Positions 63,611 to 64,000 of a stretch of 64,000 nucleotides of DNA are shown one piece after another. The notes under the pieces are model-generated. The model was not told the DNA's origin and did not search any database. It saw only the letters and a program-made list of their open reading frames with translations. Each line of letters starts with the position of its first letter. Positions within the stretch are counted from its first letter, which is position 1. This stretch comes from Octopus sinensis (lineage: Eukaryota): assembly GCF_006345805.1 (NCBI RefSeq), contig NC_042998.1, forward strand, positions 95,480,001 through 95,544,000. Reading direction: 5' to 3'. Both the position numbers and the translations under genes were made by a program.

Positions 63611-64000
63611 ACTCTATGTATAGAGTGTTTGAAATGATGTACAGATATTGTATATTAAGAAAAAGGAGGCAGTCAGATTTTGTATAATTCTTTATATAAC
63701 GTTCCATGCTGGAGCACCACCTTAAAGGCGTTTAGACGAAGAAATTGATCCCAGGACTTATTCTTTATAAGCCTAGTACTTATTCTATCGGTCATTTTTG
63801 CCGAACCGCTAGGTTACATTCTCTTTCAATTCCAAGACATGCTTTGCAAGACTAGTCGCTTACTCTGGTGTATTTATATATAAAAATTATTACAGACACG
63901 TACAGTGCCGAATCTAATCTGAGGAATTGCTACTGAAAAGATGAGACTTGCTGTCCGTTGGAAGGAAAATGTCTTGGAAAAGGTATTGTTTATAGAGCCA

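Overview
AT-rich, microsatellite-dense animal genomic DNA. The SINE families and (TA)n/(CA)n load resemble an octopod cephalopod genome (inference, no database check). There is one intact protein-coding gene, an innexin gap-junction subunit on the + strand. Almost all of its CDS lies in one exon (45222-46386). Its start codon appears to be split by a ~23-kb intron (AT|gtaagt at 22251-22253 ... cag|G at 45222), and a ~3.4-kb 3' UTR follows. A CpG-depleted domain (~28.7-49.6 kb) covers the later gene body. The rest is transposable-element debris: Meta-type and Nin/Deu-type tRNA SINEs, RTE and R4/Dong LINE fragments, mariner, maT/Tc1 and Tigger relics, hAT and piggyBac-like MITEs, and a non-autonomous Helitron. 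Several Penelope-like (PLE) pseudo-LTR fragments carry minimal hammerhead ribozyme motifs. The most unusual items are a tRNA-headed SINE-like element ending in a PLE-type hammerhead (two copies at 14.3-15.0 kb), a hammerhead family with U at core position 6, and the split ATG. Nearly all other ORFs in the track are microsatellite translations or dead TE fragments.
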